Positions 16,198 to 24,459 of a stretch of 30,213 bases of DNA are shown in pieces (within the stretch, counting starts at the first letter, position 1; each line of letters opens with the position of its first letter). Source of the DNA: a virus (lineage: Duplodnaviria > Caudoviricetes); the IMG/VR virus record IMGVR_UViG_3300025635_000117, positions 1 through 30,213 of that record; one strand, written 5' to 3'. The position numbers and the translations under genes are program-made. The notes below the pieces were generated by a model. The model had not been told where the DNA came from, ran no database searches, and saw only the letters and a program-made list of their open reading frames with translations.

Positions 16198-17412
16198 TTA
16201 GAGAGTGGCAATCCGCCGGATCGAGAACGACGAATACTGCTCGACGTACACGTTGTGCGTTGCCCCGGCGGTTGTTACGTCGCAATAGACTTCGAAGTAG
16301 TCGGTTGCAGCAACAGTAGATCGATCAATGTGATGAAGAATAATTGGGGCTGTTTGATCGACAGATCCAGACGCTTCAAGATGGCACTGATGCGTCTGTT
16401 TAACGACAACACCATTCTTTAGCAATTTAACCGTGATATCGCTAGTTGCTGAAACGCCCTGGGCAAGGATATCTACGATAAACTCGTAGTATCCGGTATT
16501 CTGAGTCGTGTACTTTCCGATTGCAGGGCCGCTAGTCCATCCGGCAGCGGTGTAAACCGGAGACAAATTCTTGAACGGATTCTGGTTTGCCGTTGCATTG
16601 GTCAGCAGGACATTGATTCCAACCAGAAGATAAAACGTCTCAGTCACCATCGGCGGCGTCACAGTGGGAGCCGATATGGTGATGTTTCCCGCACTGTTCG
16701 TAACAACAATCGGAGACGTTCCGACAATCTCCTTCTGGAGATAGGTCGATCCGTCGCCCACCGGAATCTTATTCAGCGGAGCGGTCGTAAGGTTGGTGCC
16801 ACCATTGGCAATCGGAAGCGTTCCACTGATGTCGGATACTGGAACCGCAGAAACGGTCGAAACAGCTCCAAAACCGCTCGATCCTTGAGTCTTGATGTAG
16901 CCAGCAGACAGAGAATCAAGAGCAGTCTCGCTCGTCAGAGTCGCATCCGAAGTGCGGCAAATGTACGTCGCTCCAACCGGAGCGCCACCAGATACGCCGG
17001 GAGCGCCAGTCGCCCCAATCGCACCGGCTAGGGTAATGAGTGAGCCGGTCGGAATCAGCGTAGTCGGAACAGCATTGGCAATTCCCAGGACGCCAGCAGC
17101 GGGGTTTTGCAGCGTCAGGCGCAGTCCATCAACCGACGTAACCTGCATGTACCCAAGACCCTGAACCGATACGAAGAACTGGCCAGCGACTGATTCGGGC
17201 AGGAAATCGGTGTTATCGACGTAAACGTAGACGCTCGAACCAAGCGCAGGAACGAAGAAAGGCGCGGTCGTGTAGGTGAACGAATTGATTCCGTTCGTGC
17301 CGTTCGTGCCATTGGTTCCCGGCTCACCTTGAGGGCCGGGGATATTCACGACAACCGGCTCGGAGTCGCAAGGCTGGCAACAGCCGGATGAAGAAACAAG
17401 TTGCGACGGCAT
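16198..17412 (-). CDS. Fibre protein with short collagen repeats and a C1q-like C-terminal domain
   Basis: Start re-called at ATG 17412. GPQGEPGTNGTNGTNG and GAIGATGAPG; ISGTLPIANGGT fibre motif; C-terminal GKYT...GYYEF...KLLKNG...DYFEV...SSFS. Confidence 0.7.
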   Translation of the reverse strand: MPSQLVSSSGCCQPCDSEPVVVNIPGPQGEPGTNGTNGTNGINSFTYTTAPFFVPALGSSVYVYVDNTDFLPESVAGQFFVSVQGLGYMQVTSVDGLRLTLQNPAAGVLGIANAVPTTLIPTGSLITLAGAIGATGAPGVSGGAPVGATYICRTSDATLTSETALDSLSAGYIKTQGSSGFGAVSTVSAVPVSDISGTLPIANGGTNLTTAPLNKIPVGDGSTYLQKEIVGTSPIVVTNSAGNITISAPTVTPPMVTETFYLLVGINVLLTNATANQNPFKNLSPVYTAAGWTSGPAIGKYTTQNTGYYEFIVDILAQGVSATSDITVKLLKNGVVVKQTHQCHLEASGSVDQTAPIILHHIDRSTVAATDYFEVYCDVTTAGATHNVYVEQYSSFSIRRIATL

Positions 17413-17466
17413 ATTTTTCCTTTGCCAGACGGTCAAGTCCAGAGTGAACTATTGCAAGGCCAAACT
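17413..17466. promoter_or_regulatory. Divergent intergenic region, presumed to carry promoters for both late operons
   Basis: 54 bp between head-to-head ATGs at 17412 (-) and 17467 (+). No clear sigma70 consensus seen. Confidence 0.4.
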
Positions 17467-19143
17467 ATGGCAGAGCAAGCGTCCGAGCATCCACTGATTC
17501 AGCATAAGTACGGGATACGTTCACCCGTCAAGATTCCAGACCTAGAACTGGAACTTTACGCATTCCGAAATCGACTCCAGCCAAACGAGGGTGGTTTAGG
17601 CACTTTTGAGCATTTTCAGAACGCCACCAAGATGCTCTGGCCGAAGTTGAGTTGGAATCCGTGGCTGGAAGCTCAGGTTGAAAGCCTCTGCGAGCATGAT
17701 TATGTCGGATGGGCTGGTTGCGGCGCATCCGGAAAGACGTTCGGAGCGACTCTTTTTGCTACCGTCTGGTGGTTGGCCAATCCTTCTAAATCCACCGTTG
17801 TCCTGACCTCGACGACAGCGAAGATGATCCGAAAGCGTATGTGGGCCAATCTTCAGGATCTGGTCCGCAAGTCGCGCGGGTTTCCTGGCAACATGGTCGA
17901 TTCGAAGATGGCTCTTCAGGCCATTAAAGGCGACGACCGGCACTCGATATCGGCCATCGCTGTTGCGGAAGGTAATACGGCGAAGGCTGTGGCCAACATC
18001 CAGGGTATCCACGCCGAACGGGTGATGGTCATCATCGACGAAGCGACTGACACGCCCGAAGCGGCTTTCGAGGCTTGCACGAACCTTTCCAAGGGTTGCC
18101 GTGAGTTCAAGATGCTGGTCATCGGAAACCCGGCCTCGAAGTACGATCCGCACGGTCGATTCTGCACACCGGCAAAGGGTTGGCGCAGTGTAACGATTGA
18201 AGATCAGCATTGGCTGACAGAACGCGGCATGTGCCGACGGTTCGACGGCATGAAGTCGCCGAACATCAGCGAAGGGCGAACGAAGTATCCATACCTCATA
18301 ACGAATGATCAGGTGTTATCCGCTATGCGACATGAGGGTGAGCAAAGCCCTACGTTCTGGAAGTACACACGCGGATTCTGGGCGCCGGATGGTATGGTCA
18401 AGACGGTGCTGTCCGAATCACTAATCGAGACGCACACACCTACAAGAAAGTTGACGTTTACGACCAATGTCGAGCAGGTGGCAGCTCTCGACCCTGGTTT
18501 CGGTGGCGACAGGTGTATCCTTCGCTTTGCCAAGGTTGGCACCGCAAATGACAAGCTGAGCATACTCTTTGGCGATGTCGTCCAAATCTCTCCAAATGCC
18601 GCTCTGACCGAGCCGGTTCACTACCAGATTGCCAATCGGGTCAAAGAGGAGTGCATCAAGCGGAACATTCCGCCTGACAAGTTCGCACTCGATTCAAGCG
18701 GTGAGGGCGGTGGTTTGGCCGACATTCTGACCCGAGAATGGGGTGTCGTTCATCGCGTCGAGTTCGGAGGCTCTCCGTCAACCATTCCGGTCAGCGACGA
18801 GGATAGTCGGCCATGCAATGAGGCATACGACCGGAAGGTGACGGAACTTTGGTTCTCGATGCGTAAATGGGTCATTGAGGAGCGTGTCGGAGGCGTGGAC
18901 ATCGAGACATTGCAGGAGTTCTGCTCGCGCATGTTTGATGATTCCAAGCGGAAGATATCGGTCGAATCCAAGACCGTGATGAAGCAGCGCACCGGAAAAT
19001 CGCCTGATTTGGCCGACGCTGCTGTAGTCTTACTTGATCTAGTCCGCAAAACCGCTGTTCTCGAACCGCGAGCAACCAAGATGGATAAAGTTTGGGAAAA
19101 GCTCGTTAGAGACGCTGATTCGATCTATTACGACGACTTATGA
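17467..19143 (+). CDS. terL: Terminase large subunit
   Basis: Walker A GCGASGKT, Walker B VIIDEA, coupling motif IGNP, nuclease motifs ALDPGFGGD and KSPDLADA. Start at ATG 17467. Confidence 0.93.
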   Translation: MAEQASEHPLIQHKYGIRSPVKIPDLELELYAFRNRLQPNEGGLGTFEHFQNATKMLWPKLSWNPWLEAQVESLCEHDYVGWAGCGASGKTFGATLFATVWWLANPSKSTVVLTSTTAKMIRKRMWANLQDLVRKSRGFPGNMVDSKMALQAIKGDDRHSISAIAVAEGNTAKAVANIQGIHAERVMVIIDEATDTPEAAFEACTNLSKGCREFKMLVIGNPASKYDPHGRFCTPAKGWRSVTIEDQHWLTERGMCRRFDGMKSPNISEGRTKYPYLITNDQVLSAMRHEGEQSPTFWKYTRGFWAPDGMVKTVLSESLIETHTPTRKLTFTTNVEQVAALDPGFGGDRCILRFAKVGTANDKLSILFGDVVQISPNAALTEPVHYQIANRVKEECIKRNIPPDKFALDSSGEGGGLADILTREWGVVHRVEFGGSPSTIPVSDEDSRPCNEAYDRKVTELWFSMRKWVIEERVGGVDIETLQEFCSRMFDDSKRKISVESKTVMKQRTGKSPDLADAAVVLLDLVRKTAVLEPRATKMDKVWEKLVRDADSIYYDDL

Positions 19144-19769
19144 GCAAAGTCACCGGATACAAAGTCCTGAACGAACACATGGTCATCCCCGGCGGATGGC
19201 ATTACCGCGTCCCAGAGACTGGCATTGAAATCATGGGCGGATCATGGCCGCAGCTCCATGAGTTCGTTCGCAACCATTACACAGCCAACGCGATACCCAT
19301 CCCGCCCAATCTTGACACGTTAATCACCGAGTATGCGTGTCGAAATGGTGCAGATTGCGCGTTTAACGAGGTGGAGATTCCCAAGCCTGAAGGCCGCAAA
19401 TCACTCCAGATTGGCGATGTAATCCGGTTCAGCATGAGTTTGCTTCATGGGTTGACGGTTGGCGGAGGCAAAGTTGATCAGGCTGAAGCCACGCGAAGGG
19501 CGTCAATCTGCTCGACCTGTATGTACAACCGTAAACCGCTCGGATGCACCGGCTGCAATGCTCGGGTGCTGAAGGAGGCGGTAAAAACTTTTTCTCAGCA
19601 CGGCAGCACACCTCTGGACGAATCGCTGCAAAGCTGCGAATTTTGCGGTTGCTTTATCAGGAGCATGGTGTGGTTTCCCATTGAAACGCTCCATAAATTT
19701 ACAGACGCTACAGAGAACAAAAACCTTCCGGCCCATTGCTGGAAAAAACGACCATGTACGGATCAATAG
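19140..19769 (+). CDS. Cys-rich putative metal-binding protein (DUF6171-like C-terminus)
   Basis: RASICSTC...CTGC...SCEFCGCF...LPAHCW. ATGA-coupled to terL and overlaps the portal start. Confidence 0.7.
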   Translation: MSKVTGYKVLNEHMVIPGGWHYRVPETGIEIMGGSWPQLHEFVRNHYTANAIPIPPNLDTLITEYACRNGADCAFNEVEIPKPEGRKSLQIGDVIRFSMSLLHGLTVGGGKVDQAEATRRASICSTCMYNRKPLGCTGCNARVLKEAVKTFSQHGSTPLDESLQSCEFCGCFIRSMVWFPIETLHKFTDATENKNLPAHCWKKRPCTDQ

Positions 19770-22003
19770 CCCAACTGCCGCTCCAGACCCTCAACGAAGA
19801 CGGCAAAGCGCCAGAGACGCGCATAGCCGACGCGGCATCGGCCCGTGAAATCTTCCAGAAGCTCATCATGGCCGACGAGCTTCGGAACAACACGCGAGCC
19901 AAGTTGCGCGGTCTGGTTGATGGCAATCCTCCGTACAACCCCGCCGAACTGCGCCGTAACAATCAGGCGTTCCGAACCAATGTGAACTTCCGTGAGTCGG
20001 AAGCGTTCCTCACGTTGGCCATGTCTGCCTTCTACGATGTGTTCGCCGAGGTTCCGACCTATGCGAATGTCCGTACCGCTTACGGCAACGACATGGATAA
20101 GCGGGAGGAATGGTCGAAGATCATCACCGAGGAATTCGACCGGCTCCAGAAACTCGACAAGGACTTCGATTACCTCGTCCAGCTCTCGCAGCGCGAGATG
20201 GTTCTCATTGGCGATGGTCCGCTGATCTTCGAAGACAGCACCAACTGGCGCTGCAAGGCCATCATGGCGACGGATCTTCTCGTCCCCGATGGCACCAAGT
20301 CGAATGTCAGCGACTGGAAGGTGGCCTGCGTTCGTACCCGCATGGGTGTCGATGACCTGTTTGAGAAGATTCAGGATGAGGAGGCGGCTCGCGCTGCTGG
20401 CTGGAATGTCGATTACGTCCGCGAGCGTATCCGTGCTGCGATGCCTGAGCCGTATCGCTCCGGTGTTCAGTACGACTGGGAGTTCTTCCAGCGCCAGCTT
20501 CGTTCGAACGACATCACCTTCTCGGCTCGTTCCGAGGTGGTGTTGATGTGCCACGTTTTCTACAAGGAGTTCGATGGTCAGATCAGCCACGCCATCATCG
20601 ATGAGCGTGACAGCCAGGACTTCATGTATCGCAAGCTCCGCCGCTTCAAGAAGTGGGAGCAGGTGATTCACCCGATGTATTACGACCGTGGTGATGGCGA
20701 GCATCACGGTGTCAAAGGCTTGGGCATCAAGATGCTTCAGGCGATGGAGCTGAAGAATCGTCTGCGCTGCTCGATGGTCGATAGCGCGTTCGCTCGCACC
20801 CAGATCCTGTTCCGTCCGCTCAACCCCAATGCGCTCAGCAAGACGAGCGTCGTTCAGCAAGGACCGTATGCGATACTCCCGCCAGACTACGAAGTCATTC
20901 AGCAGAATATTGCTGGCGTTCTGGACGCTCCTATGGCGGTCAATCAAGACCTTGAAAATGTTCTTCAAGGCAATCTGTCTCAGTACCGCCAGACGCTCAA
21001 CAAGCCGCAGGGCAATCCCCGAACTGCCACCGAAGTCCAAGCCATCGTGGCGCAGCAGTCAGCAATCGGTAAGACTCAGCTAAGCCGGTATTACACCCAG
21101 CTCGATTCTTTCTTTGAGGAACGGTATCGCCGCGCTTCGAATCCGAATCTGAATCCGATTACCCGCTCGGATAAGGACGCGATTGAGTTCCAGCGCCGTT
21201 GCCGTGAGCGCGGTGTTCCGCCTCAGGCCATGCTCGACATCGATTACGTCGAAGCGACTCGTACGGTTGGCCAAGGTTCTCAGTTCGCTAAGCAACAGCT
21301 TCTTGGTTCGCTGCTCGGACTGCTCGGTTCCCTTCCAGAGGGAGGCAAGGTTAATCTCTTGCAGGACTACATCGCCGCTCAGGTTGGCCAGCAAATGGTT
21401 GATCGGTATCTGCCGAGTCAGATTCAGACTTCGAAGATTCAGGATCAGACCGCTCTGGCTGTCCTCGAACACTCTTCGCTGCGCCAGGGCAACATGGCGG
21501 TGGTTACGGATACGCAGAACCACATCGTTCACATCGACACGCATCTGGCGGCTGCAAACGAAGCTGCTGCATCGCTCCAGCAGGGCGGCAATCCGCAGGA
21601 GATTGTCCTCTTCCTTCAGGGCATCGGCCAACACGTTCAGGATCATCTGCAACGCTTGTCCACTGATCCGACGCGCCGCCCTCAGGTTGACGCCTACGCG
21701 CAGCAGCTCCAGATGCTTAGTCAGACCATCGAACAGCTTGGTCAGCTTATTCAGGAGCAAGCTCAAGCGATGGCTCAGCAGCAACAGGCGATGGCGATTC
21801 AGCAGGGTGTCGATCCGAAGACCGCTGTTCTCAACGCGGAAGTTCAATCGAAAATCGCTCGCCAGAACGCCGAGACTATGGCCAACATTCAGCGTCAGAA
21901 CACGAAGGCGATGGCCGACTTGGCTCGCCGGAATGCGAAGACGACGGCGGACATTCAACGAGCGAACGCAACTGCTGAGTCTAACTTGGCGCGTCAGGGT
22001 TAA
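19754..22003 (+). CDS. Portal protein
   Basis: About 749 aa downstream of terL. RTATEV motif, helical body and a long Q/A-rich C-terminal coiled coil like the P22 portal barrel. Confidence 0.82.
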   Translation: MYGSIAQLPLQTLNEDGKAPETRIADAASAREIFQKLIMADELRNNTRAKLRGLVDGNPPYNPAELRRNNQAFRTNVNFRESEAFLTLAMSAFYDVFAEVPTYANVRTAYGNDMDKREEWSKIITEEFDRLQKLDKDFDYLVQLSQREMVLIGDGPLIFEDSTNWRCKAIMATDLLVPDGTKSNVSDWKVACVRTRMGVDDLFEKIQDEEAARAAGWNVDYVRERIRAAMPEPYRSGVQYDWEFFQRQLRSNDITFSARSEVVLMCHVFYKEFDGQISHAIIDERDSQDFMYRKLRRFKKWEQVIHPMYYDRGDGEHHGVKGLGIKMLQAMELKNRLRCSMVDSAFARTQILFRPLNPNALSKTSVVQQGPYAILPPDYEVIQQNIAGVLDAPMAVNQDLENVLQGNLSQYRQTLNKPQGNPRTATEVQAIVAQQSAIGKTQLSRYYTQLDSFFEERYRRASNPNLNPITRSDKDAIEFQRRCRERGVPPQAMLDIDYVEATRTVGQGSQFAKQQLLGSLLGLLGSLPEGGKVNLLQDYIAAQVGQQMVDRYLPSQIQTSKIQDQTALAVLEHSSLRQGNMAVVTDTQNHIVHIDTHLAAANEAAASLQQGGNPQEIVLFLQGIGQHVQDHLQRLSTDPTRRPQVDAYAQQLQMLSQTIEQLGQLIQEQAQAMAQQQQAMAIQQGVDPKTAVLNAEVQSKIARQNAETMANIQRQNTKAMADLARRNAKTTADIQRANATAESNLARQG

Positions 22004-22008
22004 AATTT

Positions 22009-22629
22009 ATGAGCCAGAACGAAGAACTCGTTTCTCAATTCATCGCAGAGCAGTTTCCCAAGATGGGCGGCTGGTGCGATCAACGCAAAGGCTTCGAAAT
22101 TGCGAAGCTCGTCCTCGATACCAAGCCCCAGAAGATTGCCGAAGTCGGCGTCTTCGAAGGTAAATCAACGCTTGCTCTGGCCTACGCTTGCAAGCTGAAC
22201 GGCAGCGGAACCGTCTATGCCATCGACTCTTGGAAGAAAGAGGACTGCATCGACGACGAATCTGCAGCGAATCAGGAATGGTGGGCGACTCTCGATCTGG
22301 ACAAGCACTATGAGTCGTTTGTCGGACACACCGTTCGCGCAAAGGTTGTCCGCCAAATCCAATACTGCCGCATGTCGAGCTGGGATGCGTCCCGTTCTCT
22401 GCCCGACATGGATATGGTTCACATCGATGCCAACCACGCTGAATGGCCGTCTACGAGCGATGTCGTGAACTGGCTTCCAAAGCTCAAGGTCGGCGGATAC
22501 ATCGTCATGGATGATGTGAATTGGGAATCGACCCAGACCGCTCTCAAGTTTGTTCTGAAGCGTTGCGAGTTTGTCGCTCGTTACGACCTCGCTGAGAGCT
22601 GCTTCGCGGTTTATCGGAAGCTCAAATAA
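22009..22629 (+). CDS. Class I SAM-dependent methyltransferase (Methyltransf_24-like)
   Basis: IAEVGVFEGKST (motif I), VYAIDSW, DMVHIDANH and LKVGGYIVMDD. Confidence 0.9.
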   Translation: MSQNEELVSQFIAEQFPKMGGWCDQRKGFEIAKLVLDTKPQKIAEVGVFEGKSTLALAYACKLNGSGTVYAIDSWKKEDCIDDESAANQEWWATLDLDKHYESFVGHTVRAKVVRQIQYCRMSSWDASRSLPDMDMVHIDANHAEWPSTSDVVNWLPKLKVGGYIVMDDVNWESTQTALKFVLKRCEFVARYDLAESCFAVYRKLK

Positions 22630-22636
22630 TCGAACC

Positions 22637-23239
22637 GTGGAAACGGTCGTCATCACGATGCGCGGTTCGCCGCGTATCCCGCGCTTAAAAGAAAATCTGA
22701 GTGCCGCTGGCATTACGGATTATCGGATCTTCTATGGCCTGAATGGAAAGAAGTCCGGTCTGAAGGCGAGCATTCCGTACGAGGTCGATAATCCCGGCTC
22801 CGGCTATCTGATCTGCCATAAGCATGTCGGATGCACGATGTCGCACTGGATGCTCTGGAACGCGCTGGAGTTCGATCCGAATACGCCCGACATGGTGATG
22901 GTGCTTGAGGACGACATCCTTTTCAGGCCGCACTGGCGCGAGACGGTTGAACGCGCGCTGACCAAGCTGCCGGAAAACTGGGACTTGCTCTATCCAGGCT
23001 CATGCTGCGCTCACGGAAAGATCAGCCGTGAGTACGATTCCAATCTGTTCGAAGGAATGCCGCTCTGCACCCACTGCTACATCGTTCGAAAGAAGGCTCT
23101 CAAGACGCTGATCGAAACGAACGAGGCGATTAACGCACCAATCGATTTGCAGATGTATTTCAACAGCAGACCGCACCTCAACTGCTTCACCATCTTCCCG
23201 CGTGTTGCCGATCAGGATGGAATGATTCTAGCCGACTAA
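22637..23239 (+). CDS. Glycosyltransferase family 25
   Basis: VGCTMSHWMLW, VMVLEDD, WDLLYPG, CTHCYIV and APID. Start inferred at GTG 22637. Confidence 0.88.
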   Translation: METVVITMRGSPRIPRLKENLSAAGITDYRIFYGLNGKKSGLKASIPYEVDNPGSGYLICHKHVGCTMSHWMLWNALEFDPNTPDMVMVLEDDILFRPHWRETVERALTKLPENWDLLYPGSCCAHGKISREYDSNLFEGMPLCTHCYIVRKKALKTLIETNEAINAPIDLQMYFNSRPHLNCFTIFPRVADQDGMILAD

Positions 23240-23242
23240 AAC

Positions 23243-23833
23243 ATGGGTTCACCATTTAACGGAGACACGTTCATCGAGCAGGAGTTTCTTTACCTCAAAG
23301 AACGCTTCGAGCTTACGACTGCGGTCGAAACCGGAACGCACGAGGCAGACACAACTGTCTGGTTGGCCAGGAACTTCCTGAAGACCGTCTCATGCGAGCT
23401 TGACCATGATCGTGTCGAGAAGGCGAAGGAGCGGTTCAAGCGTGAGAAGCTCCATGTGGAGATGTTCGAGGGCAGCAGCGATGCCTGCATGAACTGGTTC
23501 ATCCCGCATCACGGTGTTGGACACGACACGATCTTCTTCCTCGACGCCCACTGGAACGATTACCTTCCGCTGCTTGAGGAGCTTGAGGCAATCAATCGGT
23601 ACGATCTGCATCCGGTCATCGCCATCCACGACTTCAAGGAGCCGACCGGACAGCTTGGATTCGACAGCTACAACAACCACGACATCTGCTTCGGCTACAT
23701 CAAGGAGAAGCTGGATGCGATTTATCGAGCGAAGACGCTAACCCAGAAGTACGGCTACAGCTACTACTACAACCATCCGAGCCGATGCGTCGGCGCTCGG
23801 CGCGGCATCATCTACATCCTCCCCAACCGATGA
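23243..23833 (+). CDS. SAM-dependent methyltransferase-like protein
   Basis: AVETGTHEADTT, VSCELD, MFEGSS, IFFLDAHW and IAIHDF. Confidence 0.8.
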   Translation: MGSPFNGDTFIEQEFLYLKERFELTTAVETGTHEADTTVWLARNFLKTVSCELDHDRVEKAKERFKREKLHVEMFEGSSDACMNWFIPHHGVGHDTIFFLDAHWNDYLPLLEELEAINRYDLHPVIAIHDFKEPTGQLGFDSYNNHDICFGYIKEKLDAIYRAKTLTQKYGYSYYYNHPSRCVGARRGIIYILPNR

Positions 23834-24459
23834 GAGTCGATTTCGAGAACACACCGACCTTCATCATCTCGAAGCCTGAGAGCGAGAAGGAGAAGCGGTG
23901 CATTCGGTACATGAAGTCGTTCGGAATTGATGCGGTTCCGATCTATGGCTTTCGCGCGCACAACTGCGGCATTTCAACCGACTACTACCACAGTCGGGAA
24001 AAGGAGAAGGCGAAGGTCAAAACCATCGTCGCCGGACTCAGCCACTTCTCCGCATGGTCGGCCATCAAATGGATGGTCGAGGCGAAGCTGACCGATCATC
24101 GCACCTTCCTAATCGTTGAGGATGATGTTGAGTTTCTCGACAAGAACTGGAAGTCGCTGGCCAACGACAACCTGCAATTCGTTCCGAACGATTGGCATGT
24201 CGTCTACCTCGGAAGCTGCTGCGCCGATCCGATTGAAGATCATGGCTACATCGCGGCCAACCTTTACAGGCTGGTTCGAGGCATGTGTACCCATGCATAT
24301 CTTGTAAACTACGAGGGGGCTTGTAAGCTCCTCGAAACGAACCAAAAGGTTTGGGCGCCCATCGACATCCAGATGTTGATCGATTCGATGCCCAGGATGA
24401 ATTTCTACGGAATTCTTCCGAGATTAGCGACGCAGGAGAACACAAACTTGTATCCATGA
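23830..24459 (+). CDS. Glycosyltransferase family 25, second paralogue
   Basis: AGLSHFSAW, FLIVEDD, WHVVYLG, CTHAYLVN and APID. ATGA overlaps at both ends. Confidence 0.88.
   Translation: MRVDFENTPTFIISKPESEKEKRCIRYMKSFGIDAVPIYGFRAHNCGISTDYYHSREKEKAKVKTIVAGLSHFSAWSAIKWMVEAKLTDHRTFLIVEDDVEFLDKNWKSLANDNLQFVPNDWHVVYLGSCCADPIEDHGYIAANLYRLVRGMCTHAYLVNYEGACKLLETNQKVWAPIDIQMLIDSMPRMNFYGILPRLATQENTNLYP

Noticed and set aside
17401-17466. Overlapping upstream starts called for terL (17401) and the fibre (17436)
   Set aside because: These non-ATG starts would overlap head-to-head. ATGs at 17467 and 17412 have the A-rich leaders seen elsewhere.
19763-21958. Long antisense ORFs (425 aa and 292 aa) opposite the portal
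   Set aside because: They are in codon register with the portal, have no motifs, and are explained by strong codon bias that removes antisense stops.
21183-22163. 326 aa alternative-frame + ORF overlapping portal and MTase
   Set aside because: R/S/L-rich shadow translation with no motifs or plausible start.
22009-23833. Methyltransferases as DNA (restriction-modification) methylases
   Set aside because: They lack DPPY/NPPY or PCQ catalytic motifs. The motifs match small-molecule or sugar O-methyltransferases.
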